Shown: positions 27,807-36,224 of the stretch, piece after piece
Layout of the letters: every line of letters begins with the position of its first letter
How positions within the stretch are numbered: position 1 is the first letter of the stretch
From: Minisyncoccia bacterium
GTDB taxonomy: Bacteria > Bacteroidota > Bacteroidia > Flavobacteriales > Flavobacteriaceae
DNA: 47,519 nt
Reading direction: 5' to 3'
Assembly: GCA_047616265.1 (NCBI GenBank)
Contig: JBLHII010000001.1
Coordinates: 1-47,519 of the forward strand
Notes under the pieces: generated by a model
Databases searched by the model: none
The model's input: only the letters and a program-made list of their open reading frames with translations
Told to the model about the DNA's origin: nothing
Program-made: the position numbers and the translations under genes

Positions 27807-29534
27807 TTAAAGCTTTATTATTTTCTTGGTGGTGCTTCCAAACTGCCCTGTAAAGGTAGCAAATAAGGCACCTCTCCAACTATCTTGTAGTTGTAGTGTA
27901 AGGGTTCCATTTGGTTGTGTTACCTGCTTGTTATATAACTCTTGGCCAAGAATGTTGGTGATCGTTACCTTGAGAGTTCCTTCCACATCTTTAAATTTAA
28001 AACTAACAGATTTGCTAGCCGGATTTGGAAAAGGCCCTGTAATGGTCTGTAAATCATAAACTGTGGCACCTAATTCGCCCACTTGCATGGTCCAATAGCC
28101 TTCTGGAGCTACAATAGGTCTGGTGAGGGTTTTTCCAGAAATTGCCTGAGCCCAAATATAATACTCAATATTAGTTGTTTGCACTGTGATATCTGAGCTC
28201 CAAATATCATTACTGGTTAAACTCATAGGGACTTCCTGGTAAGTACTAGTCCCTAAATCTCTGTAAAAAACAGAAGCATTTGCTATACCACTATTATGTT
28301 TTATACTTGCCTCTATGGTAAGGCTAGTGTTTTCTTGGGCTGATGGTATAGCTTGATGAACAATCCAAAGAGGATCTGCTACACCAATAGAATGTGTTAT
28401 GCAATGAATAGCCCCCAAAGAGGCAATTAAATTCTCTCCAGAATTGTCTACATCAATACCAACCACATTGTATCCTGGCATTAAATCACGCCACTGAGCT
28501 AGTGCGGAGTTGTCTACATTTGGTCTATAAGTGGGTACTAGTATTGTTTTATTTACAAACACTGCATTGGTGTAAGTTCTATAATACCCACCGTTGTCTG
28601 GATAAGCACCACTGGTGCTTGGAGGTGCATCAATCCAGTTAATCTTATAAGGAGAGCCAAAGGCAGAAACTTCATTGTCTAGGACCTCTTGAATATTTGC
28701 TTCTATTTGCGGGCCGTCTGCAACCCCTTCTGGATATCTACTCACCACAAGTGTTTGCTCATCGATAAGTTTCATGTGCATATCGATATGGTTGATTACA
28801 TCATAAGGGAGGGCCGGCATTTTTATATAGTTTTGAATTCCCATGTAATCTTCCATGATTTGGTCTATTTGAGCCTCTGTCTTTGCAGAAACATTATACG
28901 GATTTCCTGGCTCGTTTTCTTCTAATATTAGCTCAGAGGCAAAGGCATTCCCTAAGCCATCACTCATATAATTTCCACCTGTATTTACAAGATCATTGGG
29001 AGCTGTGTCTGTTACATAGAGTGGGATTTCTAAAAGCATCGCATGACCAAAAGGCACCGTGTCATCATTGGGTCTGGGCCTATTGTATATCCAATCTGTC
29101 AGGGCTCTGTCACCAACTTCATTTTCATAAATTGTATTTCCAGCATAATCACGTATCCAGATACTATCCCAGTTTCTATCCATGAAGATAACATTGGTTA
29201 AGTCTATCCCTGCATTGGTGAGTGTGTTAGTAACAGCATTTGGGTTTTGAGTTGTAATAACGACCTTACATTCTTGAATCCCTGCAGCCACAATTTGAGT
29301 TAAAATACCGTCATAGTTATTCTCCCATGTGATTACCAAGTATTCTATTTCTTCCCACTCTGCAGCTGCCCTAACAGGAACACTTGGAGGAGGTGTCATG
29401 GTATATTTTGTGAACTGATAATCTGCAATTATTTGCTTTTCAGCATCCGTAAACCCCTTTGGCAGTTGTGCACTTACTATTGTGGTTGCAAAAAGCAACC
29501 CTAAGGCTATATACTTGTATAAAAATGTTTTCAT
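27807..29534 (-). CDS. Agmatine/peptidylarginine deiminase-family protein with T9SS CTD
   Basis: AEWE, WIRDY, GGN, HIDM, YTN and GAIHCIT catalytic motifs; signal peptide; Ig-like region; FPNPA...NILGQ...KKIIKL. Confidence 0.9.
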   Translation of the reverse strand: MKTFLYKYIALGLLFATTIVSAQLPKGFTDAEKQIIADYQFTKYTMTPPPSVPVRAAAEWEEIEYLVITWENNYDGILTQIVAAGIQECKVVITTQNPNAVTNTLTNAGIDLTNVIFMDRNWDSIWIRDYAGNTIYENEVGDRALTDWIYNRPRPNDDTVPFGHAMLLEIPLYVTDTAPNDLVNTGGNYMSDGLGNAFASELILEENEPGNPYNVSAKTEAQIDQIMEDYMGIQNYIKMPALPYDVINHIDMHMKLIDEQTLVVSRYPEGVADGPQIEANIQEVLDNEVSAFGSPYKINWIDAPPSTSGAYPDNGGYYRTYTNAVFVNKTILVPTYRPNVDNSALAQWRDLMPGYNVVGIDVDNSGENLIASLGAIHCITHSIGVADPLWIVHQAIPSAQENTSLTIEASIKHNSGIANASVFYRDLGTSTYQEVPMSLTSNDIWSSDITVQTTNIEYYIWAQAISGKTLTRPIVAPEGYWTMQVGELGATVYDLQTITGPFPNPASKSVSFKFKDVEGTLKVTITNILGQELYNKQVTQPNGTLTLQLQDSWRGALFATFTGQFGSTTKKIIKL

Positions 29535-29626
29535 GTGTACTTTTTTATAAAAGTCTGAAACTTTTATGGATTACGGTCGTATTAAGTATATTTATGTGAG
29601 ATACTATTACAGTAAAAGACTCATGT

Positions 29627-30268
29627 TCAGCTAAGGTTAGATAAAAACACTTCTCTGTCTATCTCTCTAGCTCCTAAACTTTCAAGATGACTGGTATATA
29701 CCTGACAATCTATTAAGGTGTAGTTTTGAGTAATACTCCAGGCCACCAAATGAGCAAAGGCAATTTTTGAAGCATCTGTTTTTATGCTAAACATACTCTC
29801 TCCACTAAACAACTTATTACCCGGTAAATCTATACCATATAAGCCCCCAACGAGTATGTCTCCATCCCAAACCTCAACAGATATCGCAAATTTTTGACGG
29901 TGCAGCTCCAAATAGGTCTGTTTCATTTCTTGGCTAATCCAGGTACCATCTTGCCCAGGTCGTTCCATCTTTGAACAAGTATCTATTACAGCAGCAAATG
30001 CAGTATTAAAAGTAACGGTAAAGGAAGTCGTACGAAGTGTTTTTTTTAGCGATTTTGAAATTTTAAATTCGGTTGGGTATAACACCATTCTTGGGTCTGG
30101 GCTCCACCAAAGAATAGGCTCGTCTTCAGAGAACCATGGAAACATACCCTGCTTGTAAGCTAACAACACTCGTTGTGGAGATAAATCACCACCAACAGCT
30201 ACAATGCCATGTTCATCTGCTGCAGTAGGGTCTGGAAACCACAATGTTTGGTCAAGTACATGCATCAT
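29627..30268 (-). CDS. aat: Leucyl/phenylalanyl-tRNA--protein transferase
   Basis: GGDLS, AY..G.FPW, WWSPDPR, GGLYG, GESMFS, DCQ...HL.SLGA. Confidence 0.96.
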   Translation of the reverse strand: MMHVLDQTLWFPDPTAADEHGIVAVGGDLSPQRVLLAYKQGMFPWFSEDEPILWWSPDPRMVLYPTEFKISKSLKKTLRTTSFTVTFNTAFAAVIDTCSKMERPGQDGTWISQEMKQTYLELHRQKFAISVEVWDGDILVGGLYGIDLPGNKLFSGESMFSIKTDASKIAFAHLVAWSITQNYTLIDCQVYTSHLESLGAREIDREVFLSNLS

Positions 30269-31641
30269 ATCAACAAAAGGCCTATCATATAAACAGCACT
30301 ACCAAGCAGCATAAGCAATACGGTATAAGGCAAAATCTCACGCGCCTTGAGTTTTGTGATTCCTAATAAGGGCAGTGCCCAAAAGGGTTGCAACATATTA
30401 GTGATTTGATCTCCGTAAGACAATGCCATAATTGCTTTTGGTAAAGCAACTCCTAGCTTGAGTGCAGATTCAATAACAATGGGTCCTTGTATGGCCCACT
30501 GCCCGCCTCCACTTGGCACAAAAATATTAACCAAACCAGCGCTTATAAAAGTAAAGATAGGGAGGGTTTGCGTGGTAGAAATAGAAACAAAAAAATCTGA
30601 AATTTCAACCACCATACCACTTTCTCGCATGATCCCCATAATACCAAAATAAAGCGGAAATTGTATTAAAATACCGGTTGCTCCTTTTATTGCTTCTTCT
30701 AGGGCATGAAGAAAGTTTTTAAAATTTTTATGCAATAAAAAGGCTAAGCCCAGCATAAAAAAATTCAACAAATTTGGAGTGATAGAGAGGGCCCTTAAAG
30801 CTCCCCAATACTGATAAAAAAAAGCTACCATAACCAGCAATCCAAACCCAATTCCCAAGACATTAGATTGGTCTAGTTTTTCTGCACCCCTTAGGTATGT
30901 TTTCTTTGACACATCGGGGCTATAAATTGGCAAGTTAGTAGGTGTTGTAGGTGTTTTTTTTGCAATTAAATACAAAAGGGAAGGGACTAACACCAACAAA
31001 ATAGCAAATAAACTTACGTTAAAAGTACTCAATACCGTTTGGCCAAAGGCAATACTATCTGGGAGTTGGGCCTGCAGAGCTGGGTCACTAAGGCTAGACA
31101 TTATGCTGGCTATGTGGCCGCTTTCTGCAACTTTTAATGGCGCAGAGCCACTAATCCCTCCGTGCCAAATCATAAGCCCTACATAGCCAGAAGCGCCTAC
31201 CAAAGGGTAATTAATAGCAAAGCCTCTCTGTTGTGCAGACTCTGCAACTTTTCGGGCTAAAATAGCACCAAAAATGAGTCCCAAACCCCAATTAAAAAAA
31301 GAGACCATCATAGTGGTTACACTTACCAAAATAACAGCTGTTGCCGTAGAATGAACTAATTGGGTGAGTTTCCCTATAAGAGTATTTAATGGACTGCTTA
31401 AAACCAAAATATGCCCTAACACCAAAATAAGTATCATTTGGTAGGCAAACACCAATAAGCTATTGTTCCAAATTCCTTTTTCCCAATAAGATAAAATAGT
31501 CAGTAAATGGTTTTGCTCACCAACAGGAGTTGTAAAGAAAAAAGCCAATAAAATAGTGAAGAGCGTCAACAATACTGCAATCGAAAAAGGGGACGGCAGT
31601 ACTTTTTTAAAAATATTTTCTATCGATTGTGTAATAGACAT
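30265..31641 (-). CDS. Short-chain fatty acid transporter (AtoE family)
   Basis: LPSPF, NWGLGL, WHGGISGSAPL, QFPLYFGIMG, PSGGGQW, QPFWALP. Confidence 0.92.
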   Translation of the reverse strand: MSITQSIENIFKKVLPSPFSIAVLLTLFTILLAFFFTTPVGEQNHLLTILSYWEKGIWNNSLLVFAYQMILILVLGHILVLSSPLNTLIGKLTQLVHSTATAVILVSVTTMMVSFFNWGLGLIFGAILARKVAESAQQRGFAINYPLVGASGYVGLMIWHGGISGSAPLKVAESGHIASIMSSLSDPALQAQLPDSIAFGQTVLSTFNVSLFAILLVLVPSLLYLIAKKTPTTPTNLPIYSPDVSKKTYLRGAEKLDQSNVLGIGFGLLVMVAFFYQYWGALRALSITPNLLNFFMLGLAFLLHKNFKNFLHALEEAIKGATGILIQFPLYFGIMGIMRESGMVVEISDFFVSISTTQTLPIFTFISAGLVNIFVPSGGGQWAIQGPIVIESALKLGVALPKAIMALSYGDQITNMLQPFWALPLLGITKLKAREILPYTVLLMLLGSAVYMIGLLLI

Positions 31642-31701
31642 CTCGTAAAAATAAACAAATTTAGCAGCAACCCTATCCCCTTTTTATGGAACTTTTCGCA
31701 T

Positions 31702-31732
31702 AAAAAAAGCCCAGAAGCAGATGCCTCTGAGC
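31702..31732 (-). terminator. Intrinsic terminator after DUF3127
   Basis: Minus strand reads GCTCAGAGGCA-TC-TGCTTCTGGGC-TTTTTTT. Confidence 0.8.
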
Positions 31733-31754
31733 GTTCTTAAAATAGATTTTATCC

Positions 31755-32138
31755 TTAAAAAGGAAGATCGTCGTGATCTGCCTCGTTTAAATCACTTGCA
31801 GGTTCAAATGCATCTGCAGGCGGCATTGGCGGCATTGCGTTTGCAGCAGGTGCAGCCTGTGCAGCTCCTTCAATTCTCCATCCTTGAATAGAATTAAAGT
31901 ATTTTGTGATATTCGTTTTTGGGTCTAACCACTCACGCCCTCTTAGGTTGATGCTTACTTTTACATCTTGTCCTGGAGCGTAGCTATTCAACAAATCTGT
32001 TTTGTCTTGTACAAACTCAATCATGATATGTTGAGGGTACTGCTCTTCTGTGGTTATTACTAACTCTCTTTTTCTGAAACCGTTACTACCAAATGTTTGA
32101 GTTTCTCCGACTAGTTTTACTTTTCCTTCTACTTCCAT
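31755..32138 (-). CDS. DUF3127 protein (OB fold with SSB-like acidic tail)
   Basis: FRKRELV, QYPQ, NLRGREW, YFNSIQGW and C-terminal DDLPF. Confidence 0.9.
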   Translation of the reverse strand: MEVEGKVKLVGETQTFGSNGFRKRELVITTEEQYPQHIMIEFVQDKTDLLNSYAPGQDVKVSINLRGREWLDPKTNITKYFNSIQGWRIEGAAQAAPAANAMPPMPPADAFEPASDLNEADHDDLPF

Positions 32139-32246
32139 AGTGTTACATTTCCATCATACGCTTTTGTTTTTTGCGTTAATGGCCATCTTTAAAAATTAAT
32201 ATATCGTTTTAAGTATTTTGTTTCCCTTCAGAAATAATTGTTTTGT

Positions 32247-33077
32247 TTATTGTTTTAAAAGGGCTTCCCAAGCGCCTTGAGTATCCCTCAACACCAAGTG
32301 TTTTTGGGCAGCAATTGCAACATCTTCTAATACAGTTGCTATTGCATCTACACCCTCTGGTAACACCTCAACATTTGCCAACATCGCTAAGTCGTTTCCT
32401 GTTAGAAATTTACTTGTTCTAACTGCAGTTGGCAATTGATCAAAACCAATACCAAGGGTTGACAGTGGTTTAGGAACTTCAAACAGCCCTTCTTTTGCTC
32501 TTCCGTACCAGTTTCCACCCATTCTTGAAACGGCGTCTAACTTCACGGGATCTATTTTCCCATCTGCATCCAAAATAGCTTCGTCAATATGCATTTTAAG
32601 CACTTCACAAATTACTAAGTTTCCTGCTCCCCCTTCTGTCCCTAGAGAAATTACCTCATTCACCTTACACTCAAACTGTACAGGAGACTCAGCAACGCGA
32701 GGAGGCTGAATGGTTTCTGATGCCAATGGAGTTAATCCTGCTTTTTCGAATTCGTTTACTCCCTGAGCATATTCTGTACTAGAGAGGGACATTTGCTGTA
32801 CAATATCATAATTTACAATATTAATAACGACCTCTTTTACCTGTAATACATTTTCATACGTATGTTTGGTTGTATTATCACGACCACGCCTTGCAGGTGA
32901 AAAAATCATGATAGGCGGGTTTGCGCTAAACACATTAAAAAAACTAAACGGAGAAAGGTTTACATTGCCATTTGCATCTACAGTACTGGCAAAAGCAATA
33001 GGCCTTGGTGTTACCGCGCCTAGCATATATCTGTGTAACTGTCCTGTAGTTACTGCTTTGGGGTCAATGGTTTTCAT
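32247..33077 (-). CDS. Flavin reductase-like protein
   Basis: PRPIAFAST, NLSPFSFFN, K.T..N, ESPVQFEC, RMGG..Y. Start taken at ATG 33077. Confidence 0.9.
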   Translation of the reverse strand: MKTIDPKAVTTGQLHRYMLGAVTPRPIAFASTVDANGNVNLSPFSFFNVFSANPPIMIFSPARRGRDNTTKHTYENVLQVKEVVINIVNYDIVQQMSLSSTEYAQGVNEFEKAGLTPLASETIQPPRVAESPVQFECKVNEVISLGTEGGAGNLVICEVLKMHIDEAILDADGKIDPVKLDAVSRMGGNWYGRAKEGLFEVPKPLSTLGIGFDQLPTAVRTSKFLTGNDLAMLANVEVLPEGVDAIATVLEDVAIAAQKHLVLRDTQGAWEALLKQ

Positions 33078-33176
33078 AATCACAAAGATAGCAATTACAC
33101 AAAGGTGTAAAAATTTGGTTGTACAATAATATTAACATAATTACATTATATTTATCATACATTAATGTAATACTTC

Positions 33177-34337
33177 ATGAAGCAAAATACATCTCTTGTT
33201 CGTTGGGTTTTTATAGTAGCTTCGGCTATTATTGTAAGCCTTATTTTATGGAACACGCTTGCATTTTTTAACGAACTAAAAGAAAATGAACGTCAGAAAA
33301 TGAAAATTTTTGCGGAAGCATTTAAAGAGGTTTCTTCTTCCACAATACTTATAAACTCGACTATTAGTAAGATTTCAACAGAGGCAATCCGGTTAAACAA
33401 CACCACACCCATGATTAGTTTTAGTCATGCAGATAGTATCTACAACAGTAAAAATATTGATGACACTATCCTAAAATCTGTAAAGAAAAGAGATGCACTA
33501 ATAGCAGAATTTACCTCTGAATACAAACCCCTTCAACTAAAATACAATGGGAAAGTATTTCAAACGGTATACTACGGAAATTCTCCACTCATTAACAAGT
33601 TAAAGTACTACCCTGCCATACTTATCGCTATTCTTATGCTTTTTGTTGCAGCCATTTATTACTTTAATGAAACTGCAAAATCTTCCATAAAAAATAAATT
33701 ATGGGCAGGTATGGCTAAAGAAACTGCACATCAAATTGGGACTCCACTATCATCCTTAGTAGGTTGGACAGAGATTCTAAGAGATGAAAATGTGAATCCA
33801 GAGTATATTTTTGAAATGGAAAAAGACATCAAACGCCTGGAAACCATTACCGCCCGTTTTTCTAAAGTGGGTTCTATGCCCAAACTAACTGAAACAGATA
33901 TTGTTGCCGAAACTTCAGCTGCCTTTGACTATTTAAAAAGCAGAAGCTCTAAACTTATCAATTTTAAAATTGACACTCCAAGCTACCCTATTTATGTACA
34001 GTTAAACGGGCAACTGTTTGGTTGGACCATCGAGAATTTAGTTAAAAACGGTATTGATGCTATGAGAGGAAAGGGTGATATTGAAGTGATTGTAGAAACA
34101 ACTCAAAAAAGGGCATTGATTTTTGTAAGCGATACAGGAAAAGGAATCCCAAAAAGGAACCACAAAAGAATCTTTACAACGGGATTTACATCCAAAAAAA
34201 GAGGGTGGGGTCTCGGGCTATCTCTAGCAAAACGTATTATCCATGAATATCATAATGGAACCATTAGAGTTTTAAAGAGCACGCAAGATAAAGGCACTAC
34301 ATTTGTAATATCACTTCCACTCATCAATAACTCATGA
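33177..34337 (+). CDS. Orphan sensor histidine kinase
   Basis: Two TM segments; ETAHQIGTPL H-box, ENLVKNGIDAM, DTGKGI, GFTSKKRGWGLGL. Confidence 0.92.
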   Translation: MKQNTSLVRWVFIVASAIIVSLILWNTLAFFNELKENERQKMKIFAEAFKEVSSSTILINSTISKISTEAIRLNNTTPMISFSHADSIYNSKNIDDTILKSVKKRDALIAEFTSEYKPLQLKYNGKVFQTVYYGNSPLINKLKYYPAILIAILMLFVAAIYYFNETAKSSIKNKLWAGMAKETAHQIGTPLSSLVGWTEILRDENVNPEYIFEMEKDIKRLETITARFSKVGSMPKLTETDIVAETSAAFDYLKSRSSKLINFKIDTPSYPIYVQLNGQLFGWTIENLVKNGIDAMRGKGDIEVIVETTQKRALIFVSDTGKGIPKRNHKRIFTTGFTSKKRGWGLGLSLAKRIIHEYHNGTIRVLKSTQDKGTTFVISLPLINNS

Positions 34338-34678
34338 CCACCACACACGCGCTTCATGCTGCCCGATTAAAGAACAACTGTCCAGAATGTTTTACTAATG
34401 ATGGTTTGGAATTTTCTTTCAGCCAAGAACAGACCGTACGAAAACTCTTTACTCGTGCTAGTAAAGATATTTCAGAAAAACTGTACTGTCATACCTGTAA
34501 AAATACCATCTATCCTGTAAACTGGAATGATGATATTGAACGTGTTCATGAGTACCACAAAAAGCAAGCACATCCAAAAAAAGCTGGAATACGTTTTACA
34601 AAATTCGGATATCGTCTTGGAGCTGGAGCTATAGTTATTGTTGCTACTGGTATCGCGCTCTCTATTAAATATTTATAA
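34334..34678 (+). CDS. Hypothetical zinc-ribbon protein with C-terminal TM anchor
   Basis: CPEC...CHTC and a hydrophobic C-terminus; ATGA overlap with the kinase stop. Confidence 0.75.
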   Translation: MTTTHALHAARLKNNCPECFTNDGLEFSFSQEQTVRKLFTRASKDISEKLYCHTCKNTIYPVNWNDDIERVHEYHKKQAHPKKAGIRFTKFGYRLGAGAIVIVATGIALSIKYL

Positions 34679-34679
34679 G

Positions 34680-35072
34680 CTAAACTAGGTTGTTTGCAAT
34701 CTCTTTGGCTAGCGATACAAAATCACTCTCAAACAGCGTTACTTTGTGCTGAAATGTCATTTCCTTCATGTCATTTAATGGAATTAAATGAACATGAACA
34801 TGTGGTACTTCTAAACCAATAACACTCATTCCAACACGCTTACACGGCACTGTTTTTTCTATTGCTAAAGCAACACGTCTGCTAAACTCCATAAGCTCAA
34901 GATACTGCTGCTGCTCCATGTCAAAAATCTTATTTGCCTCTTCTTTAGGAACACATAAGGTATGGCCTTTAGCATTTGGATTAATGTCTAAGAATGCAAT
35001 AAAATGATTGTCCTCTGCTACTTTGTAGCAAGGGATTTCTCCATTTATTATTTTAGTAAAAATACTCGCCAT
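34680..35072 (-). CDS. HIT family protein
   Basis: SIFTKII.GEIP, FLDINP..GHTL and the HVHVH triad. Confidence 0.95.
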   Translation of the reverse strand: MASIFTKIINGEIPCYKVAEDNHFIAFLDINPNAKGHTLCVPKEEANKIFDMEQQQYLELMEFSRRVALAIEKTVPCKRVGMSVIGLEVPHVHVHLIPLNDMKEMTFQHKVTLFESDFVSLAKEIANNLV

Positions 35073-35548
35073 TACCCTCTAGATATTTCAATTACTTCAA
35101 ACTTCATGGTTCCAGCCGGCACAACTACGTCTGCAACATCCCCAACCTCACTGCCTAGCAATCCTTTTCCAATAGGAGAATCTACTGAAATCTTACCTGT
35201 TTTTAAATCTGCTTCACTTTGAGCCACTAACTTATAGGTCATTTCCATACCGTTGGCTTGGTTTTTAATTTTCACAGTAGAGTGAATTAACACCTTAGAC
35301 ATGTCTAATTGAGATTCATCAATTACCCGAGCATTTGCTACTACCTCTTCTAGTTTGCTAATGCGCATCTCTAACATTCCTTGCGCTTCTTTTGCAGCAT
35401 CATACTCTGCATTTTCACTCAAATCTCCTTTATCACGAGCTTCTCCAATATCATTAGAAGCTTTTGGGCGTTCTATGTCTTTAAGCTGATTTAACTCTTC
35501 TTTCAGTTTTTTTAGTCCTTCTGATGTATAATAAGATACTTTACTCAT
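35072..35548 (-). CDS. greA: Transcription elongation factor GreA
   Basis: ARDKGDLSENAEYDAAKE and IS..SPIGK.LLG. Confidence 0.97.
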   Translation of the reverse strand: MSKVSYYTSEGLKKLKEELNQLKDIERPKASNDIGEARDKGDLSENAEYDAAKEAQGMLEMRISKLEEVVANARVIDESQLDMSKVLIHSTVKIKNQANGMEMTYKLVAQSEADLKTGKISVDSPIGKGLLGSEVGDVADVVVPAGTMKFEVIEISRG

Positions 35549-35612
35549 CGTGTTACCGTTGTTAAATTAGGTGATTTATAGCCGTGCTTCATCGTCGAGC
35601 TATTTGTCAAAA

Positions 35613-35699
35613 ATTCCTGCCTAAATGGTTTGATTTACATCATACAGGGGCAGGAATAGAAAAATCCCATACAGGACGGGATTTAATGTTACAAATATA
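35613..35699 (-). promoter_or_regulatory. greA promoter and structured leader
   Basis: TATATTTG at 35692-35699; hairpin AAATCCCGT-CCTGT-ATGGGATTT followed by TTCT; second hairpin with ATTCCTGCC/GGCAGGAAT arms (35613-35657). Confidence 0.55.
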
Positions 35700-35757
35700 C
35701 TAAAAAATATTTGTTCCCTAATTTTTGTACTTTCGTGTCTCCAAAAAAAAATAGAAA

Positions 35758-36195
35758 ATGAAAAATATTTGCGCACTCGTATTGCTTCTTTTCACACTAA
35801 TAGGATGTGATCCTGATGACCAATCTATTAATCAATACAACCCTTATTTAATTAACCCACAAGTAAACATTACTATAAACTTAAACCTCCCGCAATACAA
35901 TGATCTTAATTTCCCAGGAGGATCTGCTATAATTACTACCCAAGGTATTCGGGGTATTGTTGTGTATCGATTAAATGACGATCTATTTACTGCATTTGAA
36001 ATAGCCGATCCAAACCACATTCCTAATGATTGCTCTAGAATGACTATCAACGGTATTGAAGCATCTTGCCCATGTCCAGATGACAAAAACGTATATAATA
36101 TTGTAACTGGTCAGCATAAAACATTGCCCAACAATTACCCTATGCTTGGATATAGAATTGAACGCACTGGAAACACCATAAGAATTACCAATTAA
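35758..36195 (+). CDS. Lipoprotein with a degenerate Rieske-like fold
   Basis: Lipobox LIGC; GGSA, G.RGIVVY, AFE..DPNH...C...CPC....Y...TG...Y pattern. Confidence 0.7.
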   Translation: MKNICALVLLLFTLIGCDPDDQSINQYNPYLINPQVNITINLNLPQYNDLNFPGGSAIITTQGIRGIVVYRLNDDLFTAFEIADPNHIPNDCSRMTINGIEASCPCPDDKNVYNIVTGQHKTLPNNYPMLGYRIERTGNTIRITN

Positions 36196-36224
36196 AAACC
36201 GCACTGTTTTTAAGACTAAAACAA

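Noticed and set aside
27807-30268. Functional link between aat and the deiminase (both involve terminal Arg)
   Set aside because: Aat is cytoplasmic and the deiminase is secreted; they are separated by about 90 nt; probably coincidental neighbours.
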